From: Ginkgo biloba
Lineage: Eukaryota > Plantae > Ginkgophyta
NCBI GenBank assembly: GCA_024626585.2
Contig: JANKJI020000002.1
Span: forward strand, 110,332,237-110,352,265
Direction of reading: 5' to 3'
Length of the DNA: 20,029 bases
Position 1 is the first letter of the stretch. Every line of letters starts with the position of its first letter. Position numbers and translations under genes: made by a program. The notes under the pieces are model-generated. The model ran no database searches. It saw only the letters and a program-made list of their open reading frames with translations, and was not told where the DNA came from. Below are positions 9,028 to 19,510 of the stretch, piece by piece.

Positions 9028-11990
9028 ATACCACCAAGAGAAGCTAAGGAGAAAATGGCTATAGAAAGAAGAGAAGTAGAGGATTAGGAGTTGGAATCCC
9101 TAAGAAGAAGACTTGTTGAGCTAAAAGATAAGAAGTGAAGATGCCAACAAGTGGAGATAATGAGAGATTTATTGAGAGGGTTGTCAAAGAGGCTAAGAGA
9201 AAAGAAGAAAGTAGTGGAAGGATTCCTACATAACCCATATACCAATCTATGAGATGTGATGAATATCTAGATGAAGAGGAACTAGAGGTGATTTTGTATT
9301 TCCCATAGGAAGGATACTACAAAGAGGAATTGGAAAAGGAACCCATGCAGGGATAAGATAAAGCATAATTGGTTATGATTCTATGTGAAGATCAGGTTAT
9401 AGGTTCATATGGTGCATTACTAACAAATAAAGTAGAGGAGTCAATGAAGAAGCTTCTTGAGGATCCTATGGAAGGGTAGAGTGAAAAGGAATCAAATGAG
9501 GTCACATGGGAAGAGGTTGTTGAGAGGTTATCAGAAAATCCCATGAAGTGGCAGGTTGAGAGGGAACTAGAAGAGGTTTCAAGTGAAGATCAAGGTGAGG
9601 TTCCATGTGAGGAATGAAGTGATGAGTAAGGAGGTTCCATGGAAAATAATGTTAATGATAGTGAAGAAGATGTGACAATGAGGCAAATGATGAAGGACCA
9701 GGATAACAAGGAGGAGATTACTAGGATGTGGTGTTGATATGATGTGCCATCCTACTAGGATGGGGATAGTACATGGTCCTATGTATTAAGTTCATTAAGG
9801 GGGCTATGACCAAAGGAGATTNNNNNNNNNNNNNNNNNNNNNNNNNNNNNNNNNNNNNNNNNNNNNNNNNNNNNNNNNNNNNNNNNNNNNNNNNNNNNNN
9901 NNNNNNNNNNNNNNNNNNNNNAATAGAGAGAAGAGTTGTTCTTGTGTCCAATATTTCTTATGAAGGTTTATGCTTTGATTTGTCATTATAATCTTTGAGG
10001 TTGATGTTGATAGATTATACCTTCATAACTCTTTAAAAGCACTAAATATCATATAGGAATCTTTATAAGTGATTATGAAAGTGTTGCAAGAGAACTACAT
10101 ACGATTCTTAGGCTACATGTAGGCAATGCATCATTCTAGAAGAAGGATTTTGTATTTTTTGTGTTTCTATCCATACCATGCTTATGCACCACAAAAGCAT
10201 GATACTATGCTTATGTGTTCCCCAAGAGTGCATGCTGACATGGTAAAGGCTTGAAGAGCATGCATAAATATGGTGCTCATTTTCTCAAATTTTGTGCATA
10301 ATCAAGTCCTAAAATCTTATAGCAAAATAACTTTCGTCATTTCAAAGAGACTACAATTGACAAAAGGAGATTACTCCCTTGGAGTTTTATCAAATTGCTT
10401 CCACTACACTTTGATAAAACCTTTAACACCAAGCATGTACATCATGACGACCATAGAGATGGCAACAAGTGTGAAGGTGATCAGAGTGTGTGAGAATGTA
10501 CTAATAGAGGAGGTAGAGAGGCTTATAAGGTGTGAATCAAAGACTAATGGCAATGAAGAGGAGTTAGTGAAGAGAACCAAGAAAAAACCCATTGACGAGA
10601 TGTTGGAGAAGCCTATGCAAGGGTAATATAAAATATAGTACAATGAGATCCTGCGTGGGAAACAAGGAGAAGAAGAGTCAACGATGGGAGTGTGGTATGC
10701 CCCACTGACAAAGAAGAAAAAAGAAAGTAGTGATAAGATTATAGAGATAAAAGAGCAAGAGGAAGGTTGGACGATGTCAAAAATCAGATTGTGGTTAAAG
10801 TTTGTGGTTGGCATGCTGGAGGTGGAAGTGAGTGAATTGAATGTGCTTGATTCACCAGATGAGAATGTTGTCGATGTGCATGGTATGATACCCTATAATA
10901 ATGCGACAAAGAAATATGAGAAAAACAATAATAAAGTGGAAAAGAAAGGACTAGTTGACATCCTTATTGATGAGGGAGAAGCACAGTGGTCAGATGAGCC
11001 TAACAAAGTAACGATAGATAGATGGCAGGCATCAGTGGGCAATGGGATGATGAATGGACTAAGGTTGAGGAGTGACCAAAGGAGCTTAGCCAATGATAAA
11101 ACATAGTGGATGAAAAATAAGGAGAGGCTAACAAACAATCAAGAATATGGGACAAGATGCTCACTAGATATAAGTGAACAGACAAAAGGAGGTCCAACAA
11201 AAGTACCAAAGGAGGTGAATGAGATTATATCAGAAGATAGTGATAGGAAGAATAGAGATTTGAAGGGATATAATGATAGCCTGAATACATCCCTAATGAA
11301 GGATACATTGGATAAGGACATGCTAGAGAAGAAGTGTATAAATAGTGTTAGTGACCATATGAGAAGTCATTAATATGCTCATGAAAGTGGAAAGTAAAAC
11401 ATTGATAGAGAAAGGAGGAAATCACTATATAGGTGCAGTGGAAGAGTATCTTCTAGAGGAGATCCTAAGCAAAATATAAAATAAAGAGGTGTATGTAGCA
11501 GTTCCATGCTAAGTATAGAGGTAGAATGAAGCTCCATGAAGAGAGCAAAGTGAACCTCTTTATAGAGAGCTAGAGGATAAATTGGTGATATACTCTGATG
11601 ACGTAAAGAGGGATGAGCATGTTGAGATGCTTATAGATGGAGTAGGGAAGTACTAAGATTTGGACTATAGAAGAAAGACATATCTTTCTAAAAGTATTGT
11701 AGGAGGTCTTGGCATCATGTGGAGATCTCAAGTGGAATAGAAATGGGAATTGCATGGTAGGATGATGGTCTAATATTCCTAGATGGAGTAGCGAAGGTGT
11801 AAGATAAGGGTCTATTTGAAGGCCCAAATAAATAATCTCAAAATAAATAGGGAAAGAAGGAAGAAGATGATGATAGGTGTGAGAAGGCCAAATGAGCTTT
11901 TGGCAAAAATGGCACCCAGGACGGAGATGGCAAAGGCATTGAATGTAATGGGAAAAGTAACAATAAGATGTTAGAGGAAGAATCAACGTC
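9028..11990 (+). pseudogene. Decayed Glu/Lys/Asp-rich reading frame(s) inside element B, beginning like a Gag N-terminus
   Basis: ATA-CCA-CCA-AGA (M>I)PPR..ELESLRRRLVEL at 9028. One E-rich frame runs from ATG 9141 to ~9735. Track ORFs 10270-10626, 10684-11106 and 11110-11373 share one frame, separated by isolated TAA/TAG stops. No conserved domain recognised. Confidence 0.55.
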
Positions 11991-12884
11991 AAGAGATGAC
12001 AAAGAGAATAATGAAGAAAATGGTGGTGAAGAGAAGGAAGGGAGGCNNNNNNNNNNNNNNNNNNNNNNNNNNNNNNNNNNNNNNNNNNNNNNNNNNNNNN
12101 NNNNNNNNNNNNNNNNNNNNNNNNNNNNNNNNNNNNNNNNNNNNNNNNNNNNNNNNNNNNNNNNNNNNNNNNNNNNNNNNNNNNNNNNNNNNNNNNNNNN
12201 NNNNNNNNNNNNNNNNNNNNNNNNNNNNNNNNNNNNNNNNNNNNNNNNNNNNNNNNNNNNNNNNNNNNNNNNNNNNNNNNNNNNNNNNNNNNNNNNNNNN
12301 NNNNNNNNNNNNNNNNNNNNNNNNNNNNNNNNNNNNNNNNNNNNNNNNNNNNNNNNNNNNNNNNNNNNNNNNNNNNNNNNNNNNNNNNNNNNNNNNNNNN
12401 NNNNNNNNNNNNNNNNNNNNNNNNNNNNNNNNNNNNNNNNNNNNNNNNNNNNNNNNNNNNNNNNNNNNNNNNNNNNNNNNNNNNNNNNNNNNNNNNNNNN
12501 NNNNNNNNNNNNNNNNNNNNNNNNNNNNNNNNNNNNNNNNNNNNNNNNNNNNNNNNNNNNNNNNNNNNNNNNNNNNNNNNNNNNNNNNNNNNNNNNNNNN
12601 NNNNNNNNNNNNNNNNNNNNNNNNNNNNNNNNNNNNNNNNNNNNNNNNNNNNNNNNNNNNNNNNNNNNNNNNNNNNNNNNNNNNNNNNNNNNNNNNNNNN
12701 NNNNNNNNNNNNNNNNNNNNNNNNNNNNNNNNNNNNNNNNNNNNNNNNNNNNNNNNNNNNNNNNNNNNNNNNNNNNNNNNNNNNNNNNNNNNNNNNNNNN
12801 NNNNNNNNNNNCGATGAATTTGGGTGGAAAATTATAGAGGAGATTGAAAGAAGAGCATGAGTAATGGCTCATGCATAATTTTTT

Positions 12885-12894
12885 AAGAAGGGGA
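12885..12894 (+). promoter_or_regulatory. Polypurine tract of element B
   Basis: TTTTTT-AAGAAGGGGA-TTA immediately precedes the LTR start TGATGCA at 12898. Confidence 0.8.
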
Positions 12895-12897
12895 TTA

Positions 12898-14418
12898 TGA
12901 TGCAGGAGCATCCCCACCATTTTGATAGGACCATAGATAGGGTTGATAGATGACAAAAGACTGCATCAATGAAGGAATAGGCAAAAATCCCAAAAATAAG
13001 AAGAGGGACTAATTTTGGTCAATGATAGAAGTGAAGGACTAGTCGATAAACCAAAAGAGAAAATGGAATATTAGTAGGAATAGAAAGGAATGGAAATTTA
13101 TAGACAGAGGACATGTCAAAGGATTTGTCAATGAGGAAGTGCCCAAAAAAATGAAGGGCGTTGGTGTAGGATAAATATTGGGAGGATAAAAATTATGGAT
13201 GATGACATCAATGGGGGGATTAGGACCCAAGGAAAAGGGGTGATAGTAGATAGGCAAAGAATGAAAGTTGTAGAGTGGGAAAAATAAGAAAGAAGAAGTT
13301 GAGAGAGCTCAAAAGGCACATAGTATGTGCATGAGGTAGAGGTTGAAAGGAAGGAATAGGTTGGAGGAGGTCGATACCGATATGCCAATGATAACAACAG
13401 AGGACCAAAGACCTCATTTCCAACTGACGTCTATGATAACATAAGAGATCAATGGATGAAGAAGTGGTAATAGTAAATACCAACAATAATAAAGATAGTC
13501 AACAAACAATAGGAGATAGGAAATAACCAAGTGACAATGATGAAAAGGCAAAGTCTAATGACTGATATCAAAGGCAGGATAGCAAAGAAAGAGAATACTC
13601 ACAAAAGTGGAGAATAGACTAACAAAGAAGTAGAGGTCTAGTAGATGATAAAAGGCTTGGGCAAGCACCAATAAAGGATGATATACCTATAGAAAAGAAG
13701 GGAAGAAAATGGTGATAGGTGGAGATTTAATGAAGACCCAATTAAATATCACCAACACTAGACTAGTGTGAGAGAATTTAAGTGGAGATTTAAACAGAAG
13801 GAAGGAAGACCTTTTGGATACATGCAAGGACCAAGGCAAAAATTAATGAAGGAATTAATGAGGCCACCAACCAACCATGAAGGAATGTAGAGTTAGGTGC
13901 ATAAGGAGTTTAGCACCCAATAGAGGGAGTGAGTGGAGAATGCGTAGAGAGATAGAGAGAATGTAGTAGAGGAAGGTATAGAAAGGACATGTAGGGAGAA
14001 GATATGTCAAGTGTGAGGTAGCTATAGAGGAATACAAAGGAAAGAAATCAAATGAGAAGAGAATGCATGCAAACCGTCGATCATGAGGGAGCCTGAGATG
14101 AAGGGAGATTTGGTACACGAGGCAAAGTGTTCATGTAGGGCTCAAGAGAGTGAGCCAAATATGATTGTAATTCCTTTATGAAGGAGATGAGTGATATAAT
14201 GTTGTAACTATAATCCCATATATGGTGCTAATGTATGTAATTCTATGAATAGGCCAATGGGCCAAAGTTATAATAAAAGATTTGGGTTAAATAGAAGACA
14301 TTAAGTTCATGTTTCCTCCTGCATATATTTATGCTTGTGTTTATTTGCTTATGTTTTGAGTAAATAACCTATGATCCATTGAATGTTTATTTATGATTTG
14401 TTGTGTTAGTTGTACATG
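12898..14418 (+). repeat. 3' LTR of element B (last ~120 bp expected in the 100-N gap 14419-14518)
   Basis: Starts TGATGCA after the PPT and is colinear with 7195-8742. Sequence after the gap no longer matches 8743-8861. Confidence 0.87.
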
Positions 14419-14699
14419 NNNNNNNNNNNNNNNNNNNNNNNNNNNNNNNNNNNNNNNNNNNNNNNNNNNNNNNNNNNNNNNNNNNNNNNNNNNNNNNNNN
14501 NNNNNNNNNNNNNNNNNNAAGGGGTGTTTATATAAATTATTGAAGGAAACTTTCGTTCCTTGGATTTATCACACTATGAATGATCCATGACCAATATTCA
14601 ACTTCCTCCTGCTTTATGAAGAAAAGGAAGCTTCTAATATATGAGGGTAATTAACTATTTTTATTTATGATTTCACCAATTATTCTACACTTTCCAAGA

Positions 14700-15650
14700 A
14701 GTAACTTTCCTTTCCCATGTAGTATAGTGAACTGTGTTGTAGGATGCCATAGCAAAGTATTTTTACCATTTNNNNNNNNNNNNNNNNNNNNNNNNNNNNN
14801 NNNNNNNNNNNNNNNTTCCAATGGGGAAAAGTTTATGTATTAACATTTTATCCAAATAAAAATAAAATGAACATATAAATACAATCCTTATGTAAATGAA
14901 ATTCCAACCGTATAAATAAAATACCATATTACATGGATTAAGAAATTTCAAGGTGAGATTCGCTTAAGTAGGTTGTGTCTTGGATGTCATGAGTTCTTCA
15001 ACAAAAAATGACCCCAAAAATAAATTCTCTATAATGGATTGGCTTTGATATGTCACATATTATTATTCTAGGGCTCCATAATATTTGTAATTCATCAATA
15101 ATTGGCTCCACATATATATCCATATTTTCTACTTGTTGTTTTCTTCTAAATAGATTGATTAAATAAAAAATTTAGCATTGAAATGAATGAAATTAATAAA
15201 AAATCATAAAAGTTACTTATAACTATAGTATATGAGTATGTCGTTAATATTACTTTTTACATACTTGGAACAATAAGAGTTAACCTTAAATGTTCCTTCT
15301 TTATTACCATCCAAGGGGTGGAAAGTTATTATTAATGGAAAGAATGGGCCATGCAAATCATGATGTGAATCTATTGGAGGATGGGTTGAAATTATTTATG
15401 GTGATTAAATTCCTAATGTTTTTGGGTTCTATTTTAAACCATCATAACTTTCTTTTTATTTCTTCCATTGCTTTAGAATCTCTATGCATATACTCACTTT
15501 CCAATGTTGGCTTTTATTGCATGCATACAAATATGTGACTTTGGTAAGTTCTATACATTTAAATAGTCTTTGCAATTGGACAATCAATGGTATATGCCTT
15601 ACTACCTTATGAGGCACCTTAAATATTTATTGATCTTCATGATATTAAGA
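14700..15650 (-). pseudogene. CACTA/En-Spm transposase (Tnp2 / Transposase_21-like) relic with at least one intron
   Basis: Minus strand reads KVPHKVVRHIPLIVQLQRLFKC (15600 region), DSKAMEEIKRKL*WFKIEPKNIR..NFNP..AWPILSINNNFPP/WMVIKKEHLRLTLIVP, then [intron], QQVENMDIYVEPIIDELQILW..CDISKP, THD..YLS, LFPIG and NGK. These match the Tnp2 motifs KVLRYFPLIPRLQRLF, DS.AW, EPRNVR..DGFNPF, WPV...NLPPW and DIDVYL.PLIDEL..LW. Confidence 0.88.
15146..15264 (-). other. Putative spliceosomal intron in the transposase relic
   Basis: GTATGT donor (15264-15259) right after ..LIVP, an AT/U-rich ~119-bp body, and TTTAG near 15146. Homology resumes directly afterwards. Acceptor position is uncertain by 1-2 nt because the phase does not close exactly. 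Confidence 0.7.
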
Positions 15651-16039
15651 NNNNNNNNNNNNNNNNNNNNNNNNNNNNNNNNNNNNNNNNNNNNNNNNNN
15701 NNNNNNNNNNNNNNNNNNNNNNNNNNNNNNNNNNNNNNNNNNNNNNNNNNTCATGATTATTTTAAGTTCCAATTCAAGAGAGCTTCAAGAGGGTTTCCAT
15801 TTACCTAAAGTTTCTAATCTTAAGATCAAAGTATTTTCTAATGCTTTTTCTCATTTTTCAACATATTTTCTTCGTTCTTTTTTCTTTATAGTTTTAAAGG
15901 TTTTCAAGTATATAATGTTGTTGTATGTAGGTTTCATTTTGTAAGCAACTCAAGGTTTCAAATATTTGTCTAATAATTTTCCCTTTTATTCTTTCTTTAA
16001 TTTTTAGGGGGATTTACTAAGATAGAATTAATGAGGGTT

Positions 16040-16393
16040 TTAAGCATTTTTATAATTTTTATGGTCTTATTATTTTGAGCTAATGAGGGTTTTAAACTTA
16101 AGTTTGATTTGTCATTGTATATAAATTTTTATTCATATGATGTTTAAGGTTTCCACTTATAAGATCAAGCATTTAAAGAATTTCCTATTCATTTTTTCTT
16201 TATTAATTTTTGTTTGCCTTTACATAAATAAAATTAGTAAGAATTTTGAGCATTCTTATGGTTTTTGTGCTTTCACTATTTTGAGTTAGTGAGGGTTTCA
16301 AGCTCAAGTTTAATTTGTTATTGTATACAGATCTTTATTTAAAAAAATGTTAAGGTTTCTACTCATAAGATCAATAATTAAAGGATTTCCTAA
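16040..16393. repeat. Degenerate direct repeat, ~206-bp period
   Basis: ATTTTGAG.TA.TGAGGGTTT.AA.CT.AAGTTT.ATTTGT.ATTGTATA...AAGGTTTC.ACT.ATAAGATCAA occurs at ~16071-16186 and ~16279-16391. A weaker partial copy lies at ~15788-15838. Confidence 0.75.
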
Positions 16394-17319
16394 ATTTCTT
16401 TCCATTTTGAATTAAGTCTAAAATTTAAGTTCAAGATTCTATTTTAGTTTTTTTTAATTTTTTATTTCTATAAAATAATACTTTTGAAGTTTAGTAAAAC
16501 ACCCTAATTTTCATTTAGTTTTTTAAGTTTTTATTTTTTTTCTTTTTTATGGGGGTTAGAGCAGGGTGGAGAGGGGATGATGGTAAATGCTAGCAATGAG
16601 GGGAAAAAAGAAGAAGAAAGAAAGAAAAAGAGAGAGAATATTAAGTCTATGATTGATAAATCTTCAAAGAAATTATGAGAAATATTTTTTGAATCTACTC
16701 TTTCCCTCCCTTCTCATCTTGTCCAAATCCTTTGAGAAGAACATCAATCTTAAACCCTAGTTACTNNNNNNNNNNNNNNNNNNNNNNNNNNNNNNNNNNN
16801 NNNNNNNNNNNNNNNNNNNNNNNNNNNNNNNNNNNNNNNNNNNNNNNNNNNNNNNNNNNNNNNNNNNNNNNNNNNNNNNNNNNNNNNNNNNNNNNNNNNN
16901 NNNNNNNNNNNNNNNNNNNNNNNNNNNNNNNNNNNNNNNNNNNNNNNNNNNNNNNNNNNNNNNNNNNNNNNNNNNNNNNNNNNNNNNNNNNNNNNNNNNN
17001 NNNNNNNNNNNNNNNNNNNNNNNNNNNNNNNNNNNNNNNNNNNNNNNNNNNNNNNNNNNNNNNNNNNCTATGTAAAATTAAAATTGTTATTTGATGTAAG
17101 GATAAATAATATATCCTTTATCATAATTAAATATTATTTGTTATAATGTATTTAATTCTTTTAGAAAGTTTTTGTGATAAATTTTAATTAATTGGTCCTT
17201 TCTAATTAAGTGCAAGAAGATGATAGATAGCTAGAAACTTACATGTCCTACAATTAAAAAAGCACCTTTAAAATATATATATATTAGGTCAATATTAGGA
17301 TATTTTCATGTGAAACTTT

Positions 17320-17870
17320 CTCTGTATAAAAAGTTGCTTAAGTTTGTATTTTATAAAAATTCTAATGTTAAACATCATATCACAACTTTGTTTTTGGAGA
17401 AAAGCAACCTTTTTAGAATGCAAACTTTTAGGAGTAAAAGTCTCTAAAGTAACTTTTTATCGTGAACAAAATCAGGACTACAAGTCACTTTACTGAATTT
17501 TGGTGGAAAAATGGACCCTTGAAATGCTAAGTTTCACCCCTCACTTGGGCTGAAAAAAGGCTTCAAAATAATTGTTTAACTAACTTTCCTAAAAGTCCCT
17601 TAAGCAACTTTTCTATAGTGTTTTTTTAACTTGATTAGAGATTAGCATGTGGCAAGCAGTTAATAGGTAATCCAACAATATTAATGTCATTAAAGAAATT
17701 TTTTAACGACTTTCTAAGCATCTTTTTTAGTGGTTATTGCATAGTGACCTCTAGTGGAAACTTATTCAACATTACTTAAAAGTGACTTAAAAAATGACTT
17801 TTGGCTAGGGGTGAATGTCACTCAATTCCTTAGTTAGAGAGTCGCTTTTCTATCCATTTTATACTAATGC
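17320..17870 (-). mobile_element. CACTA-type terminal/subterminal repeat region
   Basis: Minus strand from 17620 reads CACTATAGAAAAGTTGCTTAAG, with an inverted copy of the core AAAAGTTGCTTAAG at ~17329-17342. Many AAAAGTCGCT/AGCGACTTTT-like variants occur in both orientations. A second decayed terminus CATTAGTATAAAA reads from 17869. Confidence 0.62.
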
Positions 17871-18005
17871 ATTTTGATATAAATTCTCCTCTTTAGCTTA
17901 AAATTAAAGAGATTATTTACTTCATGGTAAATGAAAGTGCCAAATGTATAAATGATGGAGCAGTAGGCCTGATCTCTAAGAAGTGGTAGATTTAGTTCTA
18001 AAAAG

Positions 18006-19500
18006 ATGAGTGATATAGGGGGGCAGGCCCCACTCCTCCCTTCCTCATCCCATTTTCCTTTAAGGACAAGATTCTAGGCTCTAGGGAATTGACTCGATCC
18101 CTAGAGGATNNNNNNNNNNNNNNATCAAGTCTTTTCATCGAAAGGTCCCACTAAGGCAGATTGTCAATGGCTTCTTGGAATATACCTTAAGTCTACTTGA
18201 GGTGGATTTCTTGATAACAGATGTCAGCAAGAAATTAAGTCAGCTTAAAGACTCTGCTCTCATCTATAGGTTCTTAGGACTCTAGCTGAAAAGAAAAACT
18301 CTCCAAGATTGGACTTACAAAAATTGGAAAATATTAGCCCCTTGTGATATTATCATTTGTGCTCGAGGCTATTTTATGGTTATCTTCATGGACGCAAAGT
18401 ATAGGAAAAGTGTCTTCGAAGGCGGTCCTTAGGTCATGAGTAAGGATGGTCTCTCCATGCAACCTTGGTCTCCAGGGTTCAACCCTATGGAAGACCTTGC
18501 GACAGCGATCCTAGTGTGGGTCAGGCTCCCCTTCCTCCCTCTTAAGTTTTGGAGCCCAACTCAATTGGAGAAAAATGAGAATAGGTTGGGGTCTTATCTT
18601 TAGACCTCTAATCTCACAAAGAAATGAAGAATGGCCTCATATGCCAGAATCTGTGTGAACATGGACCTCCAGAAGCCTATTCCAGAGTCTATTGTTCTGA
18701 AAATCCAAGGAAGCGCAGTGTGTGATCAACTTGATTACGAAGGGATTCCCTTCAGGTGCAGGGGCTGTCATCTTTATGGTCACCTTCAAAGGAGCTGCCC
18801 AACCCATCCAAAGGCGGGTGTGGAAGAGGCCCTTCCTCTGAAGAGCTCAGGGAACTTAGAGGTTCCTTCAATTTTGTTGAAACCTCCCTCCCAAATCACT
18901 GTTCCATCAGGCTCGGGCATGCCCTTAAAAAATAAGTTTGCTGTATTAGAAGTTGATCCTGAAGAACCCGATCTCCCTCCCTCGGCCCCAAGCCAACCAC
19001 TACCTCTCCCTCCACAAAACAACCTCATTCCCACTTGTCGAGCCTCTTCCAACTCCTTATTGTCAACCCAAAGCTTGAAGCATATAGACCTTCCTATTGT
19101 TTCCTCCACGGCTCCGTCGGATTCCCTTGTCTCCTCCAGTAACCCTAATCCTCTACCTTCCCGCCGTCTCTCCGCCAGTCAGACTAAATAACCACCCCAG
19201 CCTGAAGGACCATCTCAGGAACCCTTGGGGGCCTCTCTTCCCTTGGGCCCTCCTTTCATCGACGATTCAAGGCAGGGAATGGATCTCAGGCCTCAAGGGT
19301 GTTCCAAGGAACCTCTTCCCTCTGTCAGCGAGGCCATTTCTCCACCCAGAGTGAAGCAAAAAGCTCCCAAGAAATCAATGGATGTGGGACAGAGAACGAA
19401 GGAACGTCCAAACAAGAACCAAACTCTAGAGCAACTGGCCAAAGATCTTTTTCTCGAAGGGAATTAGACTCAACTGGGATTAGAGGTATGTAAAACCCAA
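18006..19500 (+). pseudogene. LINE ORF1 (DUF4283/RRM-like region, CX2CX4HX4C zinc knuckle, Pro/Ser-rich tail), disrupted
   Basis: SFKDKILG near 18056, then LIYRFLG, ARGYFMVIF, FEGGP*, LSMQPWSPGFNP, VWVRLPFLPLKFWS, YARICVNMDLQKPIP and QLDYEGIPFRCRGCHLYGHLQRSC (knuckle 18757-18798). In-frame stops at ~18283, 18430, 18601 and 18625. Start position is approximate. Confidence 0.9.
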
Positions 19501-19510
19501 ACTTGTCCCA

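Larger units (their letters stand above)
7195..14418 (+). mobile_element. Element B: Gypsy-type (CRM-like termini) LTR element, apparently non-autonomous (LARD-like)
   Basis: Direct repeats at ~7195-8861 and 12898-14418+, PBS at 8864, PPT at 12885, TGATGCA...TGCATCA termini. No RT/RH/INT motifs recognised in the visible interior. Confidence 0.82.

Noticed and set aside
10404-11992. Hydrophobic Ser/Phe/Leu-rich minus-strand ORFs as membrane proteins
   Set aside because: They are antisense shadows of the purine-rich plus strand. The same applies to the ORFs at 3321-3704, 4144-4503 and 13039-14118.
11838-12956. Long ORFs of 273-372 aa in the track
   Set aside because: They consist almost entirely of N-gap codons.
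15290-15944. Plus-strand ORFs as host genes
   Set aside because: They are antisense to the CACTA transposase relic or span an N gap, and show no recognisable domain.
16752-16760. Telo-box-like AAACCCTAG as a promoter element
   Set aside because: It is a single short motif beside a gap with no associated gene.
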